From an uncultured bacterium (GTDB taxonomy: Bacteria; Zixibacteria; MSB-5A5; CAIYYT01), in NCBI GenBank assembly GCA_963726455.1, contig CAVSCK010000004.1, forward strand, positions 1,120,001-1,184,000: a stretch of DNA of 64,000 bases. Direction: 5' to 3'. Under the pieces are notes generated by a model. It was not told where the DNA came from, did not search any database, and saw nothing but the letters and a program-made list of their open reading frames with translations. Positions 49,112-59,122 of this stretch are shown here, in pieces (position 1 is the first letter of the stretch; each line of letters begins with the position of its first letter). The position numbers and the translations under genes are program-made.

Positions 49112-50182
49112 GTGATGGACGAGCGTAAGCAAAGGCAGGAGGAAGCCGGAGTTGAAGACGTTTCTGCTTTGTTCAAGGAAGTGTTCTTAGACCAAGCACG
49201 GTCTGTACGGGAGACGGGGCGATGCAACCTTGACTCCGAGATCGTACAGAAATGGGTGAAGTCAGTTTGGCAGTTCAATACCGAGAACACGACGAGCATT
49301 GATTCTTCACTGAAAGTCGAACTAACCGCGCTCAACGCTTGCTCTGTGGCAGTCGGCGCATTGGCTTCATGTGTCCTCAGCCGAGATCATTTTGAAAGAC
49401 CACTTCCCGTAACTTGGGGCGGAAAGTCCCATGGAGAAGCGAATTTCGCCCTTTGGTGCCTGTTGACTCAATATGTCAATTGCTCACTTTCGGTGGTTCA
49501 ATTGTGCCAATATGGATTCGAAAGTTCGGCAAAGATTATAGTACGAACACTGCTAGAGATGGCCCGGATTCTTGTAGTAGTCGCAGCTGATTCGGGCTAC
49601 ATGCAATCCTACCTCAATGCGAGCAAGAACTCTCAGGGCAAGAGCGAGCGGAAGGGAAAGGCGCGGACGGATGAACGTCTGAATCGACACGGGTGGAACG
49701 AGTGGAAGCGAAAGGCGGGGACGGATGAGGTCCTGAAGCGACTCAGGAAGATTGAGTGCCAAATAGGTCTCAGCGAACAGTGGGCAAACTACATGCTCGG
49801 TAAACGGAACGTTGCTTACTCCCACCTCTGCCTGCCAGCACATGCGAACCATCAGGAGATGATAGAGTGTAGTTTCCTTCCCTCCCATGCTGACGACGAC
49901 CAAGTCAAATCCACCATGTTCGGTGCTCAATCTCCGGGGCTCAAACCCTCACTGGAAGAAGCAATCAACACAACTCTCATCCTATTGGTTGAGCTCAAGA
50001 CGGTTTTCCAAAGTATCCACCGGTTTTCAGCAACTGACCGACACGATAACTGGAAGAACTTCGAGTATCTATACAGCACCATGATTCTCATTTGGCTCTC
50101 CTATTTCACAGAAGGGTCTACTGGGGACGAACCCAGTGAATACTTGAGACGATTGGGGATTGATGTTGAAGCACAAGTGTGA
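49112..50182 (+). CDS. Hypothetical protein, DUF5677-like (HEPN-related)
   Basis: [11 protein letters not shown]...[11 protein letters not shown] pattern resembles DUF5677; codon style differs from neighbouring housekeeping genes. Confidence 0.55.
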   Translation: MMDERKQRQEEAGVEDVSALFKEVFLDQARSVRETGRCNLDSEIVQKWVKSVWQFNTENTTSIDSSLKVELTALNACSVAVGALASCVLSRDHFERPLPVTWGGKSHGEANFALWCLLTQYVNCSLSVVQLCQYGFESSAKIIVRTLLEMARILVVVAADSGYMQSYLNASKNSQGKSERKGKARTDERLNRHGWNEWKRKAGTDEVLKRLRKIECQIGLSEQWANYMLGKRNVAYSHLCLPAHANHQEMIECSFLPSHADDDQVKSTMFGAQSPGLKPSLEEAINTTLILLVELKTVFQSIHRFSATDRHDNWKNFEYLYSTMILIWLSYFTEGSTGDEPSEYLRRLGIDVEAQV

Positions 50183-50544
50183 CATCGCGAGATAGAATCT
50201 GTAACCCACCCAGCGGGTGGGAATTTCCGCGATATCTGCTCATTAACTCGCGTACGGGCTTGGTTTCCACGCCCTCTTCCCAATTTGGCAAGCGCTCTTT
50301 CGATCCCGACCGTCCTGCTCTTGGCGAAATCATCGCCTACTTCAAATATCTCACCACCAAGGAAATCAATTCACTGACACACTCACCCGGTAAGAGAATC
50401 TGGCAACGTAACTACTATGAACACGTAATTCGAGACGAGCAGGATCTCGCCGAGAAGAGGAAATACATCCTGAACAACTCCTTGAAATGGGAACTTGATG
50501 AATTCTACGTGGAGACGCATGGCAAGCAGGGCAAGGAGACCTAG
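50179..50544 (+). pseudogene. N-terminally truncated second RAYT
   Basis: PALGEIIAYFKYLTTKEIN...IWQRNYYEHVIRDE..KYILNNSLKW present; GxYFxT and HUH motifs absent. Confidence 0.8.
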
Positions 50545-50680
50545 CCCCTACGTGCGCTATGTACTCGAACATTGGAGCTACGTACTTGGCCGATTTCGCG
50601 AATCCGCGTAGGGGTTTGGTCTCCAAACCCTCACGCTTCTTTCGCATCAATTTTCCCGGGCAAGGGAACCTGGCCCCTAC
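50529..50680. repeat. REP family 2 (GTAGGGG-hairpin), three copies in alternating orientation
   Basis: GGGCAAGGAGACCTAGCCCCTAC (50529-50551, -), GTAGGGGTTTGGTCTCCAAACCCT (50608-50631, +), GGGCAAGGGAACCTGGCCCCTAC (50658-50680, -). Confidence 0.85.
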
Positions 50681-50726
50681 TCGAACATGTTCACACCATC
50701 TGTCGATACCTACTTTCGTCGCAAAT

Positions 50727-50757
50727 AAAAAAACGGGCGCACTCTCGCGCGCCCGTT
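50727..50757 (-). terminator. Intrinsic terminator
   Basis: AACGGGCGC...GCGCCCGTT followed by a T run on the minus strand. Confidence 0.75.
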
Positions 50758-50781
50758 CTATTCTCGTGTGATACTCTTGTC

Positions 50782-51630
50782 TTAATGCCCGGCTACCGTC
50801 CCCGGCCGCACGGTCACGTCAACCGGTTGCTTCAATTGGAATGTCACCTCGGTACCGGCATGATAAACAATATCCTTCTTGCCGGTCGCCGCTGCCGCGC
50901 CTGCGCCTGCTGCTGCTCCCGCTGCGGCGCCAATCGCGGTACCACCCTTCTTGCCGGTGATTTTGCCGATAATCGCGCCCGCTAGCGCGCCGCCACCGAT
51001 CATTTCGGCGTCGCGATTGGTATGCGATCCCTTCTTCTCGGAAATCATATTCGTACTGATCGGAATCTCGTTTCCCGTCGCGTCGGTAAAACTCACCAGA
51101 CTAAAACTCACTTCCGCCGGTGTTTTCAAACGCCCGGATTCCACGACATTGTCGAGTATTCCCGTCACCGCCGTCCCCTGCTCCAACACCATCTTGCCGT
51201 CAACATAAATCGGTTCCGCCAGCAATGCCCGGAACCTGTTGCCGGTTGTGTTGACATCAGTGTCGATCGAGTCAACCAGCGTCACCTTCACCGGCGTTTC
51301 CGGCGGAATTGTCACCACCTTCGCCTGGGGTATCGTCTGTTTCTGTTCGTCACTCGACGCCTTGATCACATTTTCCTGTGGCTGTACCGCCGGCTTGCTT
51401 TCGTGCTTTTTCTCCGTCGGTGTGACTGCCGGCTTCGATTCCGGAGTCTGCACCGGTGTCTCTACCGGCTTTCCCGCCACAGCGCTGCCGCCGTCGGCCT
51501 CTGTTTGCTGGGACTGCTCTACCGTGCCCTGTTGCTGCGTTTGATCTGCCTTCTGCTCCGCTTTCTTGCTGCAGGCCCCGATCAGTACTACTGCGAGCAC
51601 GCCGATAAATAGGAACCGTAGTTTTCTCAT
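50782..51630 (-). CDS. Lipoprotein with a beta-rich domain and glycine zipper
   Basis: Lipobox IGAC, Q/P/T-rich linker, TIPPETPVKVTLVDSID...GNRFRA, IGGGALAGAIIG...GAAAGAAAG. Confidence 0.75.
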   Translation of the reverse strand: MRKLRFLFIGVLAVVLIGACSKKAEQKADQTQQQGTVEQSQQTEADGGSAVAGKPVETPVQTPESKPAVTPTEKKHESKPAVQPQENVIKASSDEQKQTIPQAKVVTIPPETPVKVTLVDSIDTDVNTTGNRFRALLAEPIYVDGKMVLEQGTAVTGILDNVVESGRLKTPAEVSFSLVSFTDATGNEIPISTNMISEKKGSHTNRDAEMIGGGALAGAIIGKITGKKGGTAIGAAAGAAAGAGAAAATGKKDIVYHAGTEVTFQLKQPVDVTVRPGTVAGH

Positions 51631-51684
51631 CTTGACCTCCTGTTCAATTTTAATATCGACCGACGCGGTCTCGGAATCCTGCGT

Positions 51685-52245
51685 TCACCGCGTCACCTGC
51701 CATTTAGCGGCAAATCGGTCCGCACTCTGTTTGTCGGACAGTTTTTCCGCCAACATCAGCGCAAATTGCAGCGCCGCCCCCGGCCCCATGCCGGTAATTA
51801 TATTCCCATCAACCGTAACCGGTTCGCCCGTCACAATGGCCTCCCCGGCAATCATTTTGTCATCGAACATCGGATCACCGGTCGCGCGCCTGCCTATCAG
51901 GATTCCCGCCGCCTCTGCCAGCACGTGGCCTGGCGACGCACAAATTGCCGCCACCAGTCTCCCGGTACGATACTGCTCCCGTATCAATTCCACCACATGC
52001 GGATTCGCAGCCAGCGCCTCCGCATTGCGACGTCCTCCCGGGAGTACAATGGCATCGTATGGCCCGGCCGCGCCGTTGATCGTCTTGTGCGGCACGATCG
52101 TCGTGCCGTATGCGGCTTGGATATTTCCCGGCTTCAATCCGGCTACCGTTACGTCCACCCCAACCCGCGTCAGCACGTCAATCACGGCTACGGCTTCGAT
52201 GTCCTCACATCCATCAGTCATTATGATCAGTGCCCGTTTATTCAT
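51685..52245 (-). CDS. DJ-1/PfpI (YajL/ThiJ) family protein
   Basis: DGCEDIEAV, YDAIVLPGG, AAICASP, ITGMGPG. Confidence 0.92.
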   Translation of the reverse strand: MNKRALIIMTDGCEDIEAVAVIDVLTRVGVDVTVAGLKPGNIQAAYGTTIVPHKTINGAAGPYDAIVLPGGRRNAEALAANPHVVELIREQYRTGRLVAAICASPGHVLAEAAGILIGRRATGDPMFDDKMIAGEAIVTGEPVTVDGNIITGMGPGAALQFALMLAEKLSDKQSADRFAAKWQVTR

Positions 52246-52411
52246 CTGACAATTCCTCTTATGAAAGTTGTACGATCAGAACCTGCCATCTGCGCTCAAA
52301 AAAACCTAAACCTTTCGGCCACATGATCGTTTGACAAAAGGAAGGGGAATTCGTACATAAGACAACCATTTTTTTAGAGAGCATCGCTCGCAATCGGAAG
52401 GAGTTGAATTC

Positions 52412-54319
52412 ATGCATCAATTTGGCAAACGACCTCTCGCCATTCTATTGTACCTGACTTTGGCGGTTTTATTTGCCCTCCAGACTTGTGCCTTCGCTCA
52501 AGCCAAACCCAAACAACGTTCCGAGGTTCCAGACAAATACAAATGGAATCTCGCCGACATCTATCCCAACTGGCAGGCCTGGGAACAGGACATGACCAAG
52601 CTCGGGACGATGATGGATGAATTCGCTGCCCTCAAAGGCACACTAACCAAGAGTTCTGCCGATTTACTCAAAGCGCTCAAACTAAATGACGATCTGAACA
52701 TCATCGGCTACAAAGTCTACCGCTACCCGCAACTGACTCGCGATACCGATCTGCGCGACAACGACGTTTCCGGCCGCTACCAGAAAGTGCGCATCCTGTT
52801 CGCCAAATTCGGCACCGCCACCGCCTGGCTGGAACCGGAACTGCTGACCCTCGGCGATGCCAAAGTGCAGCAATTCCTCAAAGAGAGTGCGGGATTGGCG
52901 CCCTATCGCTTCTATCTGGACGATCTGTATCGCCGGCAAAAACATGTGCTCAACGAAGAAGGCGAGCGACTCCTGTCCTACTTCAGCAATTTCAACCAGG
53001 TACCGGCTACCACCTATGACGAGCTAACCACCTCAGACATCAAATACCGGTCTGTAAAATTATCCGATGGAAAAGAAGTAACCTTGTCGCCCGAGCAGTA
53101 CGGTCTGATCATTCTGACGAATCGCAATCAGGATGACCGCCGTCTCGCCTGGCAGAACAGCTACGCCGTTTACAACGACAACATCAATACTCATGCCTCG
53201 ATATATAATGGCGTCTGCCAGAAAGATTGGGCCAACGCACAGTCGCGCGGATATGCGACTACGCTTGACGCCGCTCTGGATGAGAAGAACGTTCCGCAGG
53301 TTGTGTACGACAACCTTGTCGCCTCGGTCAAGAAAGGCGCCGGGCCGCTGCAACGCTATTACCAGCTTCGTAAGAAATTCCTCGGCCTCGAAACCTATCA
53401 CCTTTATGACGGCGGCATTCCGGTCATCGAATTCAAACGTTCCTACGATTACGACTCGATTCTGCCCTGGATCGTACAATCAGTCGCGCCGCTCGGTAAA
53501 GACTATCAGAATCTGATGAAACAGGCCACTGCCGGTCGCTGGGTCGATGTTTACGAAAACGAAGGCAAGGCAACCGGCGCCTATTCTGCCGGTGTCTACG
53601 GCGTGCATCCATTTCTCCTGACCAATTACAATGGCACACTTGAAGCCGTCTTCACAGTGTCCCATGAATTGGGCCACTGCCTGCATTCCATGCTGTCGCA
53701 GGAAAATCAGCCCTTTGCAACTTCGCAGTATACAATCTTCACCGCCGAAGTCGCCTCGACACTGAATGAAGCGCTCATGCTCGATTACATGCTGGAGCAC
53801 TCGAAGAATCCCCGCGAACGCATTCGACTCCTGGAGCAGGCGATCAACAACCTTGACGGCACATTCTATACTCAGGTCATGTTCGCTGATTTCGAGCATC
53901 AGGCGCACCAGATGGTCGAACAAGGCCAGCCGATTACTGCCGATGTTCTGAAAGAACTATACAAGAAATTGTGGGATGAATACTTCGGCACCACTGTGGC
54001 CTACGAAGACCTCTACGGCATTCTCTGGTCTCGTATCAGCCACTTCTTCGATTCGCCCTATTATGTATATCAGTATGCGACATCTTACGCTGCCTCTGCC
54101 AAGATTCATGAGGACCTTACCAGTAAAGACGGCAAAGTCCGCAAAGCGGCGCTTGATCGCTATCTGACGTTGCTGAAATCAGGCGGCAACGATTATCCGA
54201 TGGAGCAACTCAAGAAAGCCGGTGTCGATCTGTCACAACCTCAGACCATGCAGGCCGTAGTTGCTGACATGGATAAACTGGTAACGCGTTTGGAAAAGGA
54301 ACTGAATAGCATTAAGTAA
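52412..54319 (+). CDS. pepF: Oligoendopeptidase F (M3B) with signal peptide
   Basis: KWNLADIY, WVDVYENEGKATGAYS, HELGH, AEVASTLNE, YYVYQYATS. Confidence 0.93.
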   Translation: MHQFGKRPLAILLYLTLAVLFALQTCAFAQAKPKQRSEVPDKYKWNLADIYPNWQAWEQDMTKLGTMMDEFAALKGTLTKSSADLLKALKLNDDLNIIGYKVYRYPQLTRDTDLRDNDVSGRYQKVRILFAKFGTATAWLEPELLTLGDAKVQQFLKESAGLAPYRFYLDDLYRRQKHVLNEEGERLLSYFSNFNQVPATTYDELTTSDIKYRSVKLSDGKEVTLSPEQYGLIILTNRNQDDRRLAWQNSYAVYNDNINTHASIYNGVCQKDWANAQSRGYATTLDAALDEKNVPQVVYDNLVASVKKGAGPLQRYYQLRKKFLGLETYHLYDGGIPVIEFKRSYDYDSILPWIVQSVAPLGKDYQNLMKQATAGRWVDVYENEGKATGAYSAGVYGVHPFLLTNYNGTLEAVFTVSHELGHCLHSMLSQENQPFATSQYTIFTAEVASTLNEALMLDYMLEHSKNPRERIRLLEQAINNLDGTFYTQVMFADFEHQAHQMVEQGQPITADVLKELYKKLWDEYFGTTVAYEDLYGILWSRISHFFDSPYYVYQYATSYAASAKIHEDLTSKDGKVRKAALDRYLTLLKSGGNDYPMEQLKKAGVDLSQPQTMQAVVADMDKLVTRLEKELNSIK

Positions 54320-54350
54320 ATTCGCGTTCACGAATTCATCGCAAAATATC

Positions 54351-54383
54351 ACGTCCCATCAGGGCAACTCCCTGATGGGACGT
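54351..54383. terminator. Strong hairpin between convergent genes
   Basis: ACGTCCCATCAGGG-CAACT-CCCTGATGGGACGT (14-bp perfect stem). Confidence 0.8.
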
Positions 54384-54468
54384 AATTATTTCCAGCCTGG
54401 CGTCAGACAGGTCAGTCATTGCCGGAGTGCGGCGTGGCGCCGTTTGATCGGGGGGATGAGGGCGTTCT

Positions 54469-54948
54469 CTACCAACCCTTCGCCGCGCGCAGTCCGGCGA
54501 TATGCCCGACATGTTTTTCCCCATGTTGCGCATATAGCGCCGCCAGATCGTCGATCGTCATCGCGCCCCGTTCGGGATGAATTCCGATTCGCTGCCAGTC
54601 GTTGTCGGAAAGGCCCTCCAACAACGCTGCCATTCGCTCCTGAATGCCCCTGACAATGCCAAGCGATACCTGCGGTGGCAGACGCAGCACGTCCGGTGTT
54701 TTGGCCCATTCCTCCTGCTTATAGGCAAACCAGGTCGGCTTCAATTCCGTCAGTATCAGTTTCATCCGCGCGAGCGCATTCATGTGCGAATCTGCCACGT
54801 GATGAACCACCTGTCGCGGTGTCCACTTGCCTTCGCCATACGGCGTATCCAACTGCTGATCGCTTAATCCGGAAATAACCGCTTCCAAATCCTCTGGCAG
54901 TTGTTTCATCTGCGCGATCACTTTCCTGCGTTCATCCTTACTTAACAC
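54469..54948 (-). CDS. DinB/YfiT-family (bacillithiol transferase-like) protein
   Basis: QLDTPY..GKWTPRQVVHHVADSH, YAQHGEKHVGHI. Confidence 0.9.
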   Translation of the reverse strand: MLSKDERRKVIAQMKQLPEDLEAVISGLSDQQLDTPYGEGKWTPRQVVHHVADSHMNALARMKLILTELKPTWFAYKQEEWAKTPDVLRLPPQVSLGIVRGIQERMAALLEGLSDNDWQRIGIHPERGAMTIDDLAALYAQHGEKHVGHIAGLRAAKGW

Positions 54949-54994
54949 AACTATCTCCCGAGCTTACAGATATCAATACATATTCTATACGCAA

Positions 54995-56392
54995 CTATCT
55001 TGATCCAAATAACACGGTAACCGTCAGCGAAAATATCCAAATCCCCAGTCCGGCTTCAATTCCCACGAAAATACACGCCCATCGTATTGGTTTATATTCC
55101 ACCGGATTGAAACGGAAGAACTGCAGCCATTGTCGCGGCTGCAAAGCGCCATAACCAAACGTCGCCAGTGACAACAGACTGAAATAGAAACAGTCGATGA
55201 ACAAGAGCCCGTGATCGAATTCCAATAGCGTATCCTGATTGTCAACTCCGGGCACAATATGGCAGATTCCCGACAAGGTCTTCTTGCTCAAAGTCAGCCC
55301 CGCGAAAATCAGACTGAATCCGCCAACGACGACTATCGAATACCACAGCAACCACATCGGTCGCGCTCCATATCCGAATGTCCATTTCAGGAAAAACAGT
55401 CTCAATATGCGTACCGGCGAAAACCAGGGGAAGCTCTTGGTGACGACTTCGTTCTCCCGGTAATGAAATTCATTGGCAATATCATCCAGCAGCTCGCGGC
55501 GATACAACATTTTGAGGTCACGGTACGTTACCTCCGCGCGGCGAATGTCCTCCGGAGTTTTCAGCGACAATTCCTCGCCGATCGTATAACGGCTGTCCAG
55601 ACTGTCTCCCCAGCGGATGTCGCGAATATTTCGCGCCTTGCCGAGTTGCACCTGGTACAGAAACGTCGAATCGAACGTCGCCTGAAACAGGTCGGCGTCC
55701 TGCAAATCGGCCTCGCGCATGACCGCATGCTGCAAACCGCAACCCTGCAAATTGGCTGAACTCAAATCCGCTTCCGCCATAGTTGCGCCGCGAAGTTTGC
55801 TCATCGTCAGATTCGCGTGCTGTGCAATCGCCGACGTCAGATTCGCACCCGTCAGGTCGGCGTTGTCCAAATCCGCATTCGTCAGTTTCGCTGATTCCAG
55901 AGTGGCGCCACGTAAACTGGCGCGGCTCATTCGCGCGCTTGTTAAATCCGCACTCCGCAGGTATGCCCCTTCCAGATTCGCCTCAGTAAGATCAGCATTC
56001 TGCAAAACCGCTCCCAAGAAGTCAACTCCCTGCAAATAGGCATAACTGAGACTCGCATTTGGAATCTCGGCTCCGTTAAGCGAAATTCCTCGCAGGTCGT
56101 CCACGAACGCAATGACACCATCATGCGACGGTGGAACTCTCGGCACAAACGCCGGCAGTCCGGTCCCTGCCTTCAGCGACGCCATCACTGAATCGACTTG
56201 GTCCGAGGTCCAGCGGCCTTTGAGCGCCTCAATTTCCGCATCTGAGTAATCAGCCCAATTCTTCAAGGGAATCTGCTGTGCGAAAGTCGAAGACAAACAT
56301 CCACTCACCAGTATAAGGAGGACGATGAGCGGAGTCGCCCGATGCCTCAAACTTGTCTTCGCATCACATCGAGAAATACTGCGCTGACTCAT
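54995..56392 (-). CDS. Pentapeptide-repeat protein fused to a two-TM potassium-channel-like pore
   Basis: A(D/N)LxxA repeats; GYGARP; TM; FYFSLLSLATFGYG pore/filter; final TM IFVGIEAGLGIWIFSLTVTVLF. Confidence 0.82.
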   Translation of the reverse strand: MSQRSISRCDAKTSLRHRATPLIVLLILVSGCLSSTFAQQIPLKNWADYSDAEIEALKGRWTSDQVDSVMASLKAGTGLPAFVPRVPPSHDGVIAFVDDLRGISLNGAEIPNASLSYAYLQGVDFLGAVLQNADLTEANLEGAYLRSADLTSARMSRASLRGATLESAKLTNADLDNADLTGANLTSAIAQHANLTMSKLRGATMAEADLSSANLQGCGLQHAVMREADLQDADLFQATFDSTFLYQVQLGKARNIRDIRWGDSLDSRYTIGEELSLKTPEDIRRAEVTYRDLKMLYRRELLDDIANEFHYRENEVVTKSFPWFSPVRILRLFFLKWTFGYGARPMWLLWYSIVVVGGFSLIFAGLTLSKKTLSGICHIVPGVDNQDTLLEFDHGLLFIDCFYFSLLSLATFGYGALQPRQWLQFFRFNPVEYKPIRWACIFVGIEAGLGIWIFSLTVTVLFGSR

Positions 56393-56414
56393 CTTATTCT
56401 CACCCTTTCCTGGG

Positions 56415-59042
56415 TCAAAAATCATAGCCAAGATTGAGATAAAGCTTGTCAAATTTGTTTTCTGCCCTGCCGTAAGCCACTGACATCGGCCCCAACGGCG
56501 TATCCAGCGCCAGCATCAATCCGAACGCATGCCGCAATCCCTGCAAACGCACCTCTTCGAATCTTCCAAACACTTGTCCGGCATCGTAACGCGCCGACAA
56601 ATAGAGATTATAAACCGGTCCCACCCGTATCTCCAGACTGCTTAGGAAATACTTATCCCCAACCAGTTGATCTGTCGTGTAACCATAGAAGCTGCGGCTG
56701 CCGCCCAAATAGAATTTGTCATAGATCGGCAAACCGAGTTCCGACCACCCCACTGACACTCCCGGATGCAAATTCAATTTCGCCGCCATGGGAAGATAGA
56801 TTTGAGCTGCCCCCTCAAACTTGCGGTAGACTTCATCAGTTGAGAGGACATCGCCGGCAACCTCCAATGTTCCCTTCAGGACTCGCCCGCTTCGTGGGAA
56901 TGTATAGCGATCCTTGGTATCCACGTTAACGCTAACCTGCACTGATGCCACCCTGCGTTCGACATCGTTGCTCTGCCCCTCATACTGGTAACGGACTGCT
57001 TCATATCTTGCCGTAATATCCAGTAGCCCTCGGCGCCACAATTGTTGGCCAACACCGAGTTTGACTCCCCAACGTTTGTCGGTACGATCAGGCAGACGGG
57101 TGGCGCCGGCAAACTGTCCAACCTTGTCATTCGCATAGTAAAGACGAAAGTTGTAGGTGATAAATGACCGGAATATTCGATCCGCTCGCAACTGCAGTTG
57201 GTACAATTTGCGCCGTTCTGAAAACCTGGTGTTAAACGACAACTCATTTCCCGTTCCCGCCAGATTGGCATAGCCCACCTTGAGAAACGCTTCCGGATGA
57301 AATTCCTCGTGATACCTTGCCGCCACCCTCACGAACGTGAACGGCTTCTCTTTGACCGAGATCGTAATCCAGGCGCCACCGGCTCGCTCTTCCAGGCGAA
57401 GATTGACATTGTCAAACAACCCCGATGCGAAAATGTCCTGCACGCCGCGCATCGCCTTGTATTTGCTGTAGAAATCTCCCGCATCCAAAGGGAAGTAACT
57501 CGTGACCACCCACCAGCGCGTCTTGGTATTTCCCTCAATGCTGACGCCGGAAATCCGCCCCTCGTCAAGAACAATCGACAGCTCCTCAGTATTCGGATCG
57601 TACCTGGCATCCGATATCTGTGCCAGGTCATACCCGTTCTGATGATAGTGCGTGAGGATGTTGTCGTATACACTCTGAAGTTGATCGATCGAATTGATTC
57701 CCGTCTCAGGAAATGCTGCGGCATGCAACAATGTAAGGTCAGTATAGATCTCGTTGCCCTCAATCTTCAGCTTACGAATCAACGGGAATCCCGCAGCCCT
57801 CACTTTCAGCACTCCGTCCTCGAGGTGATAATCGACTTCCTGAAAACTCCCCGACTGGAAAACTTCATACACAGCACGATTTATCTGGGTGGTTCTCAAA
57901 GTTTGTCCTCGTAACCGCAGCAAGTTTGCCGGCGCCTGTTGCAATGAAGTGTCGCCTCTTTCGCCCGCTGAATCGACAAATTCCACCGAGTCCACATGTA
58001 CGATTGCCGATGAATCCGCTACCGCGGCCAGCCGCCTTCGCAGTTCCAGCAGCCGTGACGCCACCGCCCGTCTTCCGTCGACGATCGCAGAATCACCCAG
58101 CCCAAAGTTCGTGGCCTTGATTGGCTTCATCTCAGGAATGAACACAAAATTTGCCTCGGACAACAACTGACGTTTAGTCTCGCTGGAAAGTATGCTGGTA
58201 GTCTGATTGGCTATGTCGATGGGGTCGACAATCTCGTTGACCGGCAGCAGGTCAGAGGTGGCGTCGACCGCAATCACAAAGTCAGCGCCCAGTAGGCGGC
58301 AGGTACGCGTAGGAATCGGTTCCAGCAACCCGCCGTCCATCAGTAATTTTCCGTCGAGCTGCAGCGGCGTAAACGCGAGCGGCACTCCCATCGTGGCCCG
58401 CAAGGCATCAACCAGCGATCCACGTTCGAAGACGACTTCCTGTCCGCTCACGATATCTGTGGCAACCACCGCCAGTTTGCGATCGAGATTGGCAAAATCT
58501 CCCCCAGTAAAATATGTTGATGTCAGTGTCAGTGACGTCAACACGTTCACTAATTGTTGGCCGGAGCTAAGCGCCGTGGGAATGCGAGGTGTATGCCCCT
58601 CAAACCTGACCGTCAATAAATCACTTTCCGTCTCAGCCCTTCGTGTGAATAGCACCGTCCCGCGCTTGGGTCTGTCAGAGAAAAACTCTGTCCAGCTTAT
58701 ACCCAATGCCGTCTTCTCTATCTCCTTCAAGGGCATGCCCGTTGCATATAGACCGCCGATGATCCCTCCCATCGACGTCCCCGCAACAACGTCAATCTGT
58801 ACTCCGCTCTTCTCCAACTCTTCCAACACCCCCAGATGCGCAAACCCGCGCGCGCCTCCTCCGGAGAGCGCGATTCCGATTCGATACCCTTTCACGTTCT
58901 CCGTCATGGCCTTCTTGAGGGCTCGCGGAGTCAATTCGGTCAATTCGACCTTGAATTCTCTTCCGGCTGCATCTTGCGCGCTGCTGACATTCCAGCCACA
59001 AAGGAGTACCGAGACGATAGTTAGGCGGATGAATCGGATCAT
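56415..59042 (-). CDS. Patatin-like phospholipase fused to POTRA and Omp85 barrel (PlpD / type Vd-like)
   Basis: LSGGGARG, GTSMG, DGG; POTRA motifs (IEGNEIY, IEGNTKT); FYLGG..FYGY, LDTPLGPM, terminal NLGYDF. Confidence 0.9.
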   Translation of the reverse strand: MIRFIRLTIVSVLLCGWNVSSAQDAAGREFKVELTELTPRALKKAMTENVKGYRIGIALSGGGARGFAHLGVLEELEKSGVQIDVVAGTSMGGIIGGLYATGMPLKEIEKTALGISWTEFFSDRPKRGTVLFTRRAETESDLLTVRFEGHTPRIPTALSSGQQLVNVLTSLTLTSTYFTGGDFANLDRKLAVVATDIVSGQEVVFERGSLVDALRATMGVPLAFTPLQLDGKLLMDGGLLEPIPTRTCRLLGADFVIAVDATSDLLPVNEIVDPIDIANQTTSILSSETKRQLLSEANFVFIPEMKPIKATNFGLGDSAIVDGRRAVASRLLELRRRLAAVADSSAIVHVDSVEFVDSAGERGDTSLQQAPANLLRLRGQTLRTTQINRAVYEVFQSGSFQEVDYHLEDGVLKVRAAGFPLIRKLKIEGNEIYTDLTLLHAAAFPETGINSIDQLQSVYDNILTHYHQNGYDLAQISDARYDPNTEELSIVLDEGRISGVSIEGNTKTRWWVVTSYFPLDAGDFYSKYKAMRGVQDIFASGLFDNVNLRLEERAGGAWITISVKEKPFTFVRVAARYHEEFHPEAFLKVGYANLAGTGNELSFNTRFSERRKLYQLQLRADRIFRSFITYNFRLYYANDKVGQFAGATRLPDRTDKRWGVKLGVGQQLWRRGLLDITARYEAVRYQYEGQSNDVERRVASVQVSVNVDTKDRYTFPRSGRVLKGTLEVAGDVLSTDEVYRKFEGAAQIYLPMAAKLNLHPGVSVGWSELGLPIYDKFYLGGSRSFYGYTTDQLVGDKYFLSSLEIRVGPVYNLYLSARYDAGQVFGRFEEVRLQGLRHAFGLMLALDTPLGPMSVAYGRAENKFDKLYLNLGYDF

Positions 59043-59122
59043 GTCGGCAAGTAACCTGAGTGTCACTCCAAACTCAAGCATAAAGAGTTTGACTCTCACT
59101 CTGAGGAAATCTATCATGCAGC

